Source: the human T2T-CHM13v2.0 reference genome, Homo sapiens. From it: DNA of 64,000 nucleotides. Position numbers and translations under genes: made by a program. The notes under the pieces are model-generated. The model saw only the letters and a list, made by a program, of their open reading frames with translations. It made no database searches and was not told the DNA's origin. Of this stretch, positions 1 to 12,836 are shown one piece after another; the stretch's first letter is position 1, and each line of letters starts with the position of its first letter. The stretch lies in the NCBI RefSeq assembly GCF_009914755.1, contig NC_060934.1; one strand, given 5' to 3'.

Positions 1-876
1 TGGCTGCATAGTATTCCATGGTGTACATGTGCCACATTTTCTTAATCCAGTCTATCATTGATGGACATTTGGGTTGGTTGAAAGTCTTTGCTATAGTGAA
101 TAGTGCCACAATAAACATATGTGTGTATGTGTCTTTATAGTAGCATGATTTATAATCCCTTGGGATCACTGGATCAAATGGTATTTCTAGTTCTAGATCC
201 TTGAGGAATTGCCACACTGTCTTCCACAATGGTTGAACTAGTTTACACTCCCACCAACAGTGTAAAAGTGTTCCTATTTCTCCACATCCTCTCCAGCATC
301 TGTTGTTTCCTGACTTTTTAATGATCGCCATTCTAACTGGTGTGAGATGGTATATCTCATTGTGGTTTTGATTTGCATTTCTCTGATGACCAGTGATGAT
401 GAGCGTTTTTTCATGTGTCTGTTGGCAGCATGAATGTCTTCTTTTGAGAGGTGTCTGTTCATATCCTTTGCCCACTTTTTCATGGGGTTGTTTGTTTTTT
501 TCTTGTAAATTTGTTTAAGTGCTTTGTAGATTCTGGATATTAGCCCTTTGTCGGATGGGTAGATTGCAAAAATTTTCTCCCATTCTGTAGGTTGCCTGTT
601 CACTCTGATGGTAGTTTCTTTTGCTGTGCAGAAGCTCTTTAGTTTAATTAGATCCCACTTGTGTATTACGGCTTTTGTTGCCATTGCTTTTGGTGTTTTA
701 GTCATGAAGTCCTTGCCTGTGTCCATGTCCTGAATGGTATTGCTTAGGTTTTCTTCTAGGGCTTTTATGGTTTTTGGTCCAACATTTAAGTCTTCAATCC
801 ATCTTGAATTAATTTTTGTATAAGGTGTAAGGAAGGGATCCAGTTTCAGCTTTCTACATATGGCTAGCGAGTTTTC
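1..876 (-). mobile_element. L1PA (primate LINE-1) fragment, ORF2 C-terminal region; runs off the window start
   Basis: Typical antisense L1 sequence (TGGCTGCATAGTATTCCATGG...; CAGTTTCAGCTTTCTACATATGGCTAG). ORF 274-726(-) translates to L1 ORF2p motifs [42 protein letters not shown]. Confidence 0.95.
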
Positions 877-1227
877 ATTCAGAGTAGCTTTTTAAAGATT
901 GTATTGATAAGACTCAGCTCAGGATTGAGGTACTTTATCAAAAGCTGATAGATAATGTGCTATCTACCTATACTGTGCCTAATACATCTTATAGCATCAT
1001 CACTCCCTCTGTCCTGTCAGTATCATTATTTAACAAAGATCTATAGTGAAAGTATGTTCAGTATGTTCAAAATTGTACAGTAACATCGAGGTGGACATTT
1101 GTATCTCCTGCAAAGGTAAGAATGAGGTAAGGGAAGTCTTCCCAGATGCTATTAGATCCTCCCCACCATAACTATGATGATTATCTTTGTCATTGTCATG
1201 CATTGCTATCATCCTTACAATAATCAA

Positions 1228-1460
1228 ATAGCACTTTTTGAGAACTTACTGCTTACCAGGTACTGTAGGAGGCAATGATATACATGATCTCAAACAATTC
1301 CCATAACCTCCTCATGACTTAGGTACTGTTATTATCCCCATTCTATAGACAAGGGAATGATGCTTACAGAAGTAAAACAGCTTGATTAGTGTTAAACAGC
1401 AGGTCCTTAATTCAAACCTGGTACTTACCAAACAGCCATGATCTTAATCATTATGCCACT
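1228..1460 (-). mobile_element. MIR SINE fragment
   Basis: MIR core in reverse: ...TAGGTACTGTTATTATCCCCATTCTATAGACAAGGGAA...; boundaries approximate. Confidence 0.65.
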
Positions 1461-2069
1461 ACTACCTCAATTCATTTGATTCAAGATAATTGATCATAAC
1501 AAGTTTCATAGATATGGCTTGTATGTTAATTGTTTCAATTTTACAGTTGAAGACCCTGAGGTTGATATGAATTATTTTCCCAAATAATTGGGTAAAAGAT
1601 GAGAGCCATACTCAAAGGTTTCTAACTTCAAGTTTTACATTTCTCTATCACATTTTGTAGATCCTCAAATAAAAGTAGGATAGGCAAATTATGAAGTCCA
1701 TACACGCATACATTTACATTTGACATATGCATGCCAGAGAAATAGATCCCTTCATTTCACAGCCCACAGGTCTATAAATATTATTGTGCTCTTGTTTCAA
1801 GTCTTTGAGTTAGTAATAGCATGGTCTGATTTTTATCTTTGGTTCTATTTTCCCTTTGAGCTTTATTTTATTTCTCCTGCTTTTCTTGATTTTTGGGAAT
1901 TAATTTTTTTAACATTATTAACTCTATAGCTTTTAGTCACCCTTTGAAGAGGTCCTACTGAGTAATGATCTTCTTTCACCTTCTGAACGCTGGGGAAGAA
2001 ATTTTTATAAACATTGGCTGGAAGGGATGCTTATCTTTAGCTCAGGAAAGCATTATCACCTGTATCTCT

Positions 2070-2200
2070 TAGTTCTTTTACCTTTCTTTCCTCACTCTTT
2101 TTACTTCTTTGCATTCTCTTTCTTCTTACCTTTTCCTGTCTTTTTTTTCTTTCCTCCTCACCATCTTCCCTTCTTTCTCCCTGTCCTCTCTTCCTCTCTT
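2070..2200. repeat. CT-rich low-complexity polypyrimidine tract
   Basis: About 130 nt almost entirely C/T. Confidence 0.8.
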
Positions 2201-3039
2201 GAATTTAACAGGTAAACCGTGTATTCTCATTTAAAATTTTACAATTGGTTTTCTGCATTTCTAAATAGTGTTGTGCAATGAACTCGGCTTTGCAGTCCAA
2301 TATAACCAGCTAATACTTTATCTTTACCTTTTGTTGACTTTGTAATCCTAGGCAAATTGAAGACTCTTAGACTTAATTTGCCCTTTTTAAAAACGGAGGT
2401 AATAATACCTTTTCTGTAATACAGTTACAAATCTAATATTGCCTGAGACAGAGAGAAGGTACACAATTGAAAACTCTCTTCCTGTTAAAGAAAATATTTT
2501 AAAATCAGGGCCAGGTGTGGTGTTAGGCATTCTTTTTTATGTTTGTCTCCATAAATTGGTATGGCTCAATTTTGCACCAGATTGTAAAATTTCCATTGGC
2601 AGAAACTGGTTCTCACTCATATTTTGTCCCAATTGCCCAACCCAATATGTGATAGATGCTCAATAAGTAGGATATGTATTAAATGGAGCCAAAAGTGAGG
2701 CCAGATCAAGCCAAGGATGCAGACTTCACTATCAGACAGCCTGGGTGATCTCATTTCACTTTCACCCCCAAAGCAGCCTCTGCTACAAGGAAAGCATCTG
2801 CTGGTGAGAAATTCTTTGCAGCATTTCCCTGTAAATTGGAGAGTAGAAGAAAAGACTGCTCAACCAGCTGTCGTCAACAACTTAGAAAACTTGAATGTTT
2901 AGGCAAGTATAAGTTTCCCATGGTGTTCTCTAATGCTCTTTTCAAGGATACTATTTTTTTAATCAACTGAACAAAAGCCTCATAAAAATAGCACAGTGCG
3001 CAACTCTAGCCCACAAAGATGCAGAAGAACATGGATATG

Positions 3040-3380
3040 CATATCCTCTCTGGAAGCTTCTACATTGCTTTTGTGGCACTTCTGCCCACTCCTAACATGC
3101 TGATGTGCCCAGGTCTCCACCCTATGTGTCCAGAGTCTTGCTGACTCTACATTCTCTCCTTGGGAAAACAACAGTCATTCCATCTGATGCCTCAGAAATC
3201 TCTACCCTTCTGATCTGGCTGCCCAGATTGACCCTACCCACCCACCACCTTTTAAATAATTTACAAATGTCCCACAGGCACCTGAGCACATCACAGGAAT
3301 AAAGTTTATATTCCCCACCTAAACTTGCTCTCCTATGTTTCCTACCTTAGGGAGTGGCACAAGCAGCCACTTAATTCTCA
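3040..3380 (+). mobile_element. L2 LINE fragment (diverged)
   Basis: L2-like segments such as CAAATGTCCCACAGGCACCTGAG and CCCCACCTAAACTTGCTCTCCT; boundaries approximate. Confidence 0.55.
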
Positions 3381-4524
3381 CAACAGCCATACAGGTAGAT
3401 ATTATTATCTTTGTTTTGGTGAGTAGAGACCTAAAACTTGAAGACTTCAGGTAGATATAAATCAAAAGAGCCAGCCTTCAATCCCAGATCATCCTACTCC
3501 AAAGACTGTGTCTCTTCCAGTAAGCTTTACTAGAAAGGGAAGAACAGAGAGGAAGTAGGAAAAACATATTGGTTTGTCAGTGGAGAAATTATAAAATTCC
3601 CTAACTATTGCCTCTAGTATTACTCAAATGAACCTATGTCTTGCTTCCTTGGATCACCCATCCTGCTAAATAAATATCATAAATTTAATGATATAATGAA
3701 ATTGAAAATAGTTGAAGTTATTTTATTTTATTAAATCACATGATATACTATTTGAGGTTACATCTGCAAATACTCTCTCCTTCACCCATTGCTGAAACAA
3801 AGTCCTTATTAATAGAAAATAGCTTCATAATTCTAGGATGGTATAATCAAAACTAATGGAAGGGGAAGTGACAAATTGACCTTGTACTCTAGAATAAGTA
3901 CTTATTTGAGAACTTTCTATGAGCAAAACACCATTCTTGTCTTACACGCAAGGCATAGATAGAATAGCTGAGAAATTTCAATATTATTTATAAAGATAAG
4001 GCAGTTTAAAATACATAAAACTCCTATTATCCTCTTTTTGTCATTGTCTAGATCATGAATGATATTAAACTTAGATGATCTAGAGTCAGCCTAACATGGT
4101 ACACTTAAAGGGAAGGGGAAAAATGTTAGGAGGATTTATAGGGCTTTGTTTGTGTTGCTAAGGAGTTTGTCAACTGTGAGAGATTATGTTGCCTTTTTGA
4201 GGTGATGATTAATTTTTTGAAAACTTCTCTATTATCTAGGATTGCTATAACGTTCATTATTTAAAATATTAAGTATATCTATTTTCATAAATTTTGTATT
4301 GAGAGTCTGATGGAAATAACTTGTCAAGGTCCAAATTGACTCCATGTAATGCAGAAAGTAACGGGCAATATCTGCTCTGCATAATCTGCCATAGGCAGAA
4401 GGATGCCTAGTGAAGGGAGAGGAGCTGCAAGACACTCAGATGGTTCTTCCTACAGACAAAACCACAAATGAGATCTCCATTGCCAGAAAGTTTTCTGAAG
4501 CTTTGAAATTTCAAAAACATAGAT

Positions 4525-4760
4525 CAATGGAAAATGTTTGGGAATGAAAGTCAGGTAGATCAGGGTTTGGACTTTATTCTGTGCGCCTTTCTAATTAGTT
4601 ACTTTGGGCAAGTATAATAATCTCTATGTCTAAGTTTCTACATTTTAAAAATGACATAAAAATTTTTCAGTGACAGAGTTGTGAAGGTTTAAATACTTGT
4701 TGTTGCTACTGTTAAGACCTTACCAAGTTCAGTGCTTAATACATGGAAGAAACTTAAGAA
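4525..4760 (+). mobile_element. MIR SINE
   Basis: AGTCAGGTAGATCAGGGTTTG...TTACTTTGGGCAAGTATAATAATCTCTATGTCTAAGTTTC resembles the MIR core. Confidence 0.65.
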
Positions 4761-5014
4761 ACTTAATACACGGAAGAAACTTAACTATAGCTCTTATATT
4801 GCTATTTGTCTGGCAAATTCACATTGGCCAAGCTTGAGAGATTACTGTATAAAGCAGTCAAGGTATTAAATATTTAATAGAGGCATATCCCATTCATGTA
4901 AACAAAATTTATTTTCTTTTACGCAAAATGTTTTCCTCCCCAATGTAGAGATATAAGCCAGGCTAGCAAACACATATAAATTATTAAGCATTTAAACAAA
5001 GCAGATGGACATTG

Positions 5015-5560
5015 AAGTCCAGTTCCTAGGTATTTACTCAAGAGAAATGAAAATATATGTCCACACAAAGACTTGTACTCAAATTTTCGTGGCAGATGTA
5101 TTCACATTAGCCAAGCCAAAAACAATACAAATGTGTATGACCTGAAGCATAGAATTTATAAATAAATTTAGTATATCTATACAACAGAATAATATTCATC
5201 ATTGAAAATAAATTATTGATATACACAAAGAATGGATAAAAGTCAAAACATCAAGCTAAATGAAAGAGGCCACACATAAAAAAACTTTATGATTTCATTT
5301 ATATGAAATTATACAAAAGGAAAAGCTGCATTGACAGAAATGATACCAATGGTTATCAGGGCCGGGGTGGAATGGGAATGTATTGACTGAAGGGAAACAT
5401 GAGGGAAGCTTTGGGGTATTGGAAATACATGTTAATATTATCTATTATGACTATCATTATACCACTGTATACACTTGTCAAAATTTATCAAATTGCACAC
5501 TTAAAATTGTTGAATGTTGTTGTCTATAAAGCATATCTTAATAAAGGTAATATAGAAAAA
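5015..5560 (+). mobile_element. Old L1M (L1MC/MD-like) 3' end
   Basis: CCTAGGTATTTACTCAAGAGAAATGAAAATATATGTCCACACAAAGACTTGTAC... ending at CTTAATAAAG and an A-rich tail. Confidence 0.8.
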
Positions 5561-5912
5561 TAAAGAATAAAAATATTAAGTGACTTTTTAAAGTCAAGAT
5601 CAAAGTTATTTCATTTCCTATTTTTCTAGTGACCAGATTTTTCTAATATGATCAGATGGGGCCAAAACACAGAATCTCTCTGACATCCTATCTCATGCCA
5701 GACTGGCCTTCTAGTGCCTACATATTATTGCCCGAATTTGACTGATGAGGAAACTAAAACTTGGTGAGTCTATATAGCTGAAACGTAGAAGAGCTGGCTG
5801 GACTGCAACCCCAGAGCATCTCACTCCAAAACCTATCTCTTCCAATAAGCCTTACCAGAGAAGAAAGGACAGGAGGAAAAAGATGAAAAATGCTGTAACA
5901 ACAAGAAATGCG

Positions 5913-5942
5913 AACACACACAAACACACACACACACACACA
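5913..5942. repeat. (CA)n microsatellite
   Basis: Interrupted ACAC run. Confidence 0.85.
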
Positions 5943-6054
5943 TGAAATGCTTTAGGGATAATTTACAAAACCCTATTTGACCCCTAATATATTCCTTCTG
6001 TAACATTAGCTGATCTACAGGTAGAATTCATTTTGCCTAAGTTGGTAATAAATG

Positions 6055-6499
6055 GTGTTGGCAAATCTTTTCTCCTGTTTTTCCCAGAAACCCAGCCAGG
6101 CTACATTTTCCAATGTCCCTTGTGGTTAGATTGGTAATAGAATTGAATTGTAGCTAATGAAATATGATCAGAAGTGATACAACTTGTAGGGATGAACATA
6201 AAACCCTTCCACATGTTCCTTTATGAGTTTTGCTCCTTTCAACTTGGGAAAGGATCTCAAGGGTAACCTTGGGAACTATGAATTGGGGATGCCAGAGCTG
6301 TCATAGTCTTGGTTCAAGACTGGCTGTGTGGAGAAGAGCTTCTTCCTGCAAAACGAAACACAAATAACACCACCAACTTATTCCTGTCAAACTAGGACCA
6401 GTCATTAAGATGAACATAAATAAGCTTCTACTGTGTTGAGCTAGCCACATTTAATTAGATCTATTTGTCACCATAATCTAGCCTACCCTGACTAATACA
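6055..6499 (+). mobile_element. MLT1 (MLT1I/J/K-like) MaLR solo LTR
   Basis: CTACATTTTCCAATGTCCCTTGTGGTTAG near the 5' end; characteristic 3' end CTAGCCTACCCTGACTAATACA. Confidence 0.7.
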
Positions 6500-6527
6500 A
6501 ATACGCTGGAGGCAGTCTGCATCCTAG

Positions 6528-6947
6528 TATTAACAGAAGAAAACCTTAAGCAAGTTAAATTTGATAAAATTTAATTGAACAAGGAACAATTCACAAACTA
6601 GGCAGCCCTCAGAACCTAAACACGTTCAAAGAACTCTGGTCTGCAATGTCGTCAGACAATATTTATGGATAGAAAATGGAAATGAAGTACAAAAAATGAA
6701 AGTGAGGTACAGAGACAGCCCGATTGATTATATTTCAGCATTTGCCTTATTGGAACATAGTTTGAACTGTTGGCCCTCTGCAATTGACTGAAGCTCAACT
6801 GCTGTGGTTGGCTGACCCTCAGCTGTTTGTTACGTAAGTATACTCCTAATTTAGGCTTTCAGTTTATGCACTAAGTTAGGTAGCAGTTTGTTATGTCAGG
6901 ACTCGAGTATGGAGACATCCTCAGGCCAAATTTAGTTTGATATAACA
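6528..6947 (-). mobile_element. ERV1 solo LTR, MER57-family-like
   Basis: Reverse complement begins TGTTATATCAAACTAAATTTGGCCTGAGGATG, similar to recalled MER57 5' ends. Flanked by a 4-bp duplication CTAG (6524-6527 and 6948-6951), typical of ERV1. Confidence 0.75.
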
Positions 6948-8038
6948 CTAGCATCATAGCAGGCTAAGTCTTTTAGTTAAACCTTTGCCAAATCTCGGAT
7001 TGTATTATTTCAGTTTCAAATTATGGCCCACTCTGAACATTCCGTTCATAGTGAAGGAGATAGTTTTCCCTAAAGCCTAGAAATATCTGGACTTTGGAGC
7101 ACCTCCGTGTAGAATTAGCAGTCCTTGACCCAGGATTGTCTTACTAAGTTTATGCAAATAAATTATTTCAAGAAAGAGTAGAAGAACCCTGATAAGGACT
7201 TATTCTTAAACTAAGTCTGTTAAGGCTCTATCTCCTAGAAAATTTGGTCAATTCAACATTCTCAGAAGTGAGTGCTTCTAGTAGCAGGACTCTTCCTCAG
7301 AAGGGGCGTGTGTAATATGAGAGGATTGGACTGTAGAGGGACACTCAGCTCCTCTGAGACAATGCTCACATCACCCAGATTCAATTTTTCTTTCCTTAGG
7401 CACTGTCCAGATATGCATTGCCAACATTGGTTTTCCTCTCTCTGCATTTTCCTCAGCTGCCATTGCTGACAACCTATTTTCTCTTAACATAGTTTTCTTC
7501 TTTAGCTCAGCTGATACCAATGAGTCAAGTCTTGTTCTGGCTTGGGAACTATTCATTCTCTTTGAGGAGACTCTTCATATTTCTAAACCCATCCATTATA
7601 TGTTGATTTTATCAGTCAAACATTCTGAGTTTTCTGGAGATAGTCAGGCATTATTTGGCCAATGATTCATGCCAGCTCTCCAGTACATAGATTAAAAAAT
7701 ACACACACACGACAAGAACTTAAAAAAAAAAAGCCTCATCTCATTCAGTCTGCGTTATAGAAGTGATCAGCAAATGATTTGCTTGTTTTCCTTTTCTTAG
7801 ATAATGTAATATAAAAGAAAGAGTCAGATCTAGGTTCAAAGACTTGCACAAACCTACTGGGGATGTGCTACTTGCATCAATTTGTTTGGACTCTCTCACC
7901 TATCAAATAAGAAAATTAAAACCATATGTTTTGGGTAATTATTAAATGTGCTAATTTCCTCTTTTCTCAGTTCAACAGAGGATAGGCAGCATTGAGTTTC
8001 CCATCCCTGTGAGTACATTACATTCTGTACTATAGGTA

Positions 8039-8078
8039 TTAGGTTGGTGCAAAAGTAATTGCAGTTTTTGCTATACTT
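8039..8078 (+). mobile_element. MADE1 / Hsmar1 mariner terminal inverted repeat (single arm)
   Basis: TA followed by TTAGGTTGGTGCAAAAGTAATTGCAGTTTTTGC matches the Hsmar1/MADE1 ITR; no second arm follows. Confidence 0.85.
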
Positions 8079-9921
8079 ACATTCACTTGTAAGGCATTTC
8101 TATAGGGTTCTTAAGTATGTGATAAAATGTCTGGTGAAATGACCTATTAAAATTCCTAACAAACTTGAGGGCCTGATGGGCTTTTGAAAATCTCATAGAA
8201 GTAGGCCAAGTATGAGAGCAACCTGCAGTGTTGATCTTGCCAGAGTTTTCAGGTTGTGAGTGACATTGAAATCACATGTCTATAACTAAAGAGCCAATGG
8301 GTGAGGACCATGATGCATCATGGCCTGGTTCAAGTCCACAGTACAAACAAAAACAATTATTTTCTTATTTGCTGTATTTAATATTGGAATACTTGAAATC
8401 TCCTTACAGAATTAAAGGCTGTCTGTGGAAGAGGAAGTCTTTGGGACTATATTAATTCAATCTTACAATGAGCTGTAATTTAAATTCTCATTGAAGAACA
8501 TGTTTTACAAAATAGTTGATAATAAATCACACTAAGTACACAAAAAGTTGTCTAATCCTGGAAGTATGTAAGTAGGACCTGGGTGACAGTTTCTTAGGGT
8601 AAAAAATGGAAACATCACCGTTAAAAGCTAGGACATCACCTGGTGGCGAGACTGTTCTAAAACTAATTGCGTGACCTTGTGAAAGTCACTTAACCACTTT
8701 GACTTTTAGTTTTATTATCAGTAAGTCACTCTTGTAATCCTTACTACAGAAGATTGTTATGAGGAACAGAAATATCTATAAGGTACCTAGGCAATTTGTG
8801 TAATATAGCAGGCAGTAAAATATGGTGGCAGTAGTTGCTATTTAAAAAAAATTCCTACACTGAGTTGTGTCTTCATAAAATCACTATCTCTGGGATCCTC
8901 TTGATTGAAATGGTGGTAATGTCGCCTGCTCTGTGATGTTTTGGTGTGCATCAAAAAGAGAACACAAATGCAATTGCTTTGCAAACTGTAAACATTCTGT
9001 AAACCTAAATAAGTTTTGCATTATACATGTCATTATTATTATTATTACTGTCCCCTTCAATTCTAAATTTGTGATTTTGGATACAAGAGAAACAAAAGAA
9101 TCACTGAATCACACGGGAAATGATTATTTCCTCCAAGATTAGAGTCCCCTTTTATATTAAAAAAAGAAAGCAAAAACTATTGAGCCAAATATTAAATGAC
9201 TTAAAACAAAAAAGCCAAAAATCTTAGCGACATCTCTCACTACAGTTCTCAAGGAGTAATCTATACCCTCATCTTCATGGGCAGGTTAGGTCACTACTGA
9301 TCACCTAGTGAAAAGTGTCCACTTAATAACCCCATCACATTTCACTTTTTATACTTACTGAATCAGTCTAAATATCTTTCCTCTCCTCCTTTAACATCAA
9401 TGCTTAGCAAATACATATAATAGCCCTTACCCAAGTTAGCTATTCTGGTATTTTAGTCTTTGGCAGTTTATGTTTCTTTCAATTAACATGTGTTTGTAAC
9501 TTCCCTAATGTCTTATTTCCTGCTTAACAGAATCTTTGTTTCCTTATTTAGAGATGATATTCAATATTCTTCATGCAGTCTCATTGAAGCCTTACGGGAT
9601 GCTATCATGAATATATTAGCAGTAAAACAGTTTTATTTCCTATAGCATCAAATATATACTCTATTTCCCAACATTTTAAAGAGTGAATATTACAAAGCAG
9701 AGAAATAAGGCAATTGATTTGTGTAAGACTCAGTCTCAATACATGAGCCCTAATTTTTAAATTAATATGAGAATGACTTCTCAAATGAGGGTTACAAAGA
9801 GAAATTTTAAATACCCTTGCCCAGACTGTGGAGTCCTAATTCAATTAACTGTTCTGCAGATTTTCACTGACCCGTAGTCATCTTTGACATTTTTGAGCCC
9901 ACAAGCTATAAACAAATTTTA

Positions 9922-10245
<324 letters not shown>

Positions 10246-10621
10246 GAAAAATCAAAAACTACAACAACAACAAAAACAGTCCCTCGAGGTTAATATTTAT
10301 TTAGAATATTGTGAAATATGAAGTCTTCTCAACTGAGAATTCACTTCCCTGCATTAAAAAAATAAAAACAAAACAAAGAAGAAACAGGCAAGATCTCTGG
10401 AGAAAATGGCTAAAACCAAGGCTGAGTTGAAATCTTCCTTTTTCTCCAAAAGAAAGGTATCTCACTGACGACCTCCTCATGGCTGGTGTGTCCCTTCAGA
10501 GAAGCCTCAGATGTGAAGGGTAAATATCCCCTCAGGCAAGAAATGGTAACCGAACAAAAAGCCATGGACACTTGCCATTGTCTCTCTACACAAACTGTTT
10601 TGTTGAACATACTTTATAGAG

Positions 10622-10843
10622 TAGGGGTGTCCAATCATTTGGCTTCTCTGGACCACACCAGAAGAGTAAGAATTGCCTTGGGCCACACATAAAATACACA
10701 AACACTAACGATAGCTGATGAACTTTAAAAAATCTCAAAAAAAAACTTGTAATGTTTTAAGAAAGTTTATGAATTTTTGTTGGGCTGCATTCAAAGCTGT
10801 CCTGGGCCACATATGGCCATATGCCACAGGTTGGACAAACTTG
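10622..10843 (+). mobile_element. MER30 (hAT-Charlie DNA transposon, MITE)
   Basis: AGGGGTGTCCAATC...GGTTGGACAAACTTG termini. Degenerate 8-bp TSD TTATAGAG/CTGTAGAG. Confidence 0.88.
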
Positions 10844-12126
10844 CTGTAGAGCTTTTCTCCCTCATTGTCTAGAATAATGCACGACTGCAGCCTATCAGTT
10901 TACCATCACCCATCCCTCCACCTATTCTGTCATCACATGTTCACTGAGAGTCTACTGTGTGCCAGGCATTGTAGGTAATGGGGATATAGAGATACAGAAA
11001 AGATAGTACCTGTTTTCAACGGTATACTTTGAGATATTTCAAGGGTAACATATTTTTTTCATAGGCTCTTACAGAGACCAAACAACAAATACGTGGTAAG
11101 GCATAGTACATTGTAAAAAATGTAAGAGTAGGGTAACAAGAGAAGTGGCTGAACATGTGTATATAGAATTAATTATAAGACACTTGTGCCCAACTGAGTC
11201 AAGCAGGTTTTCATATGGCTCCGTTTGCAAATATTTTGACACACTAATTGTTTAAAGGAAGTTAAATACACAGCATTTCCAAGCTTACCGAACAATGGGA
11301 ATTTAGTTTAAGTTTGCTTTTGTTTATCATGGAGCTATGACTAAGAATTATTTGGAAATTAAATTGCAGATGATAGGAAGCCATTGGGTGATTAGAAACC
11401 AGGATAGATCATGCACAGATTTAAATTTTCACAAAATACTCTTACATCAATGGCAGAATAATTGTTATAAAAAAGAGAGGATAGGGAGGAGAGTAGTTGA
11501 AGTATCTAAATATTAGTCCAAATAAAGAACAAGAAAAGTCTGCACTAAGGTAGTGATAGTTGAAAGAAAAGAGAACACATAGAGAGCTTGTTGATTTTCA
11601 GAATTTCTGGTAAGGCTGAACTGTATAGAAACTAAGAGGACCAGAAGGAAAATAAGGGAAAAGGTAATGTGTGCACTTGGACACATTAAATTTGAAGAGC
11701 CTTGGGTATGAATGTTCGGTAGGACATTCTGGCATTGTGAAGAGGTATAGGTAGTAGTGAAAACTATGGTAGTAGATGATATTTTCTGGAGTTATAAAGG
11801 CAAGAGACTAAACTACTTTGTGATTTTTGCAGAGTATTTAGGACTCCGATTAAGGAGTCTACCTGTTATACATTGGGCATTTATGACATAGTGTCTCCAG
11901 CTGTTCCCTCGTACAGTTGTTTTATCAAACTCACCTCCCATTCCACATGTGCAAGATGAAAAAAAAAAGCTAATACATCACTTAACCATTAACTCCAAAA
12001 AGCAGAATAAAAGGCTAAGTGCAATGTAAAAATCATCTTACAAGGTTTAAAGCATACTATCTCCATATGTTCATGTTCTACTAGAATTTTTCTTACAAGA
12101 CTGATCTTGAAAACAATTTCTACATA

Positions 12127-12403
12127 GAGTAGGCCCTCTGTATCCATGGATTCTGTATGTGTGGATTTAATGAACCATGGATCAAAAATATTTAGAAAAA
12201 GGTTTCTTCTGTACTGAACATGTATGATTATATCATGTTAAGTGTTATAGGTAACCTAGAGATGATTTACAGTATAGGGGAAGAGGTACCCAGGTAATAT
12301 GCAAATACTCTGTCATTTTATATGAAGAACGTGGAACATCTTAGATTTCAGTGTTCATGGGAGATCCTGAGCTCAGCTGCACACTAATACAGAGAAACAA
12401 CTG
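12127..12403 (-). mobile_element. MER2 (TcMar-Tigger) DNA transposon
   Basis: GGCCCTCTGTATCCATGGATTCTG...GGATCAAAAATATTT...GAGAAACAACTG, flanked by TA on both sides. Confidence 0.75.
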
Positions 12404-12535
12404 TACTATAAAGTCTAGGGAAGAATGAAGAACAAGAAAAATATTTCTACAGGCAAAGGATCCTTGGAGACTTTTTTTCAGTGACATATGAAACTTGTTT
12501 TATAAACATCATATTTTGCTATGAATTCAGATGTC

Positions 12536-12836
12536 TTTTTTTTTTTTTTTTTTTTGAGACGGAGTCTTGCTAGTCGCCCAGGTTGGAGTGCAGTGGCACG
12601 ATCTCGGCTCACTGAAAGCTCCGCCTCCCAGCTTCACGCCATTCTCCTGCCTCAGCCTACTGGGTAGCTGGGACTACAGGCGCCCGCCACCGCGCCCAGC
12701 TAATTTTTTTGTATTTTTAGTAGAGACAGGGTTTCACCGTGTTAGCCAGGATGGTCTCGATCTCCTGACCTAGTGATCCGCCCACCTCGGCCTCCCAAAG
12801 TGCTGGGATTACAGGCGTGAGCCACCGTGTCCATCC
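12536..12836 (-). mobile_element. AluY
   Basis: Poly(T), then AluY-diagnostic TTCACGCCATTCTCC and ACCGTGTTAGCCAGGATGG. TSD TGAATT(C/T)AGAT(G/T)TC at 12522-12535 and 12837-12850. Confidence 0.95.

Noticed and set aside
274-726. 150-aa ORF, and L1-like ORFs at 15988, 43662 and 55846
   Set aside because: Frameshifted fragments of L1 ORF2p within truncated elements; not genes.
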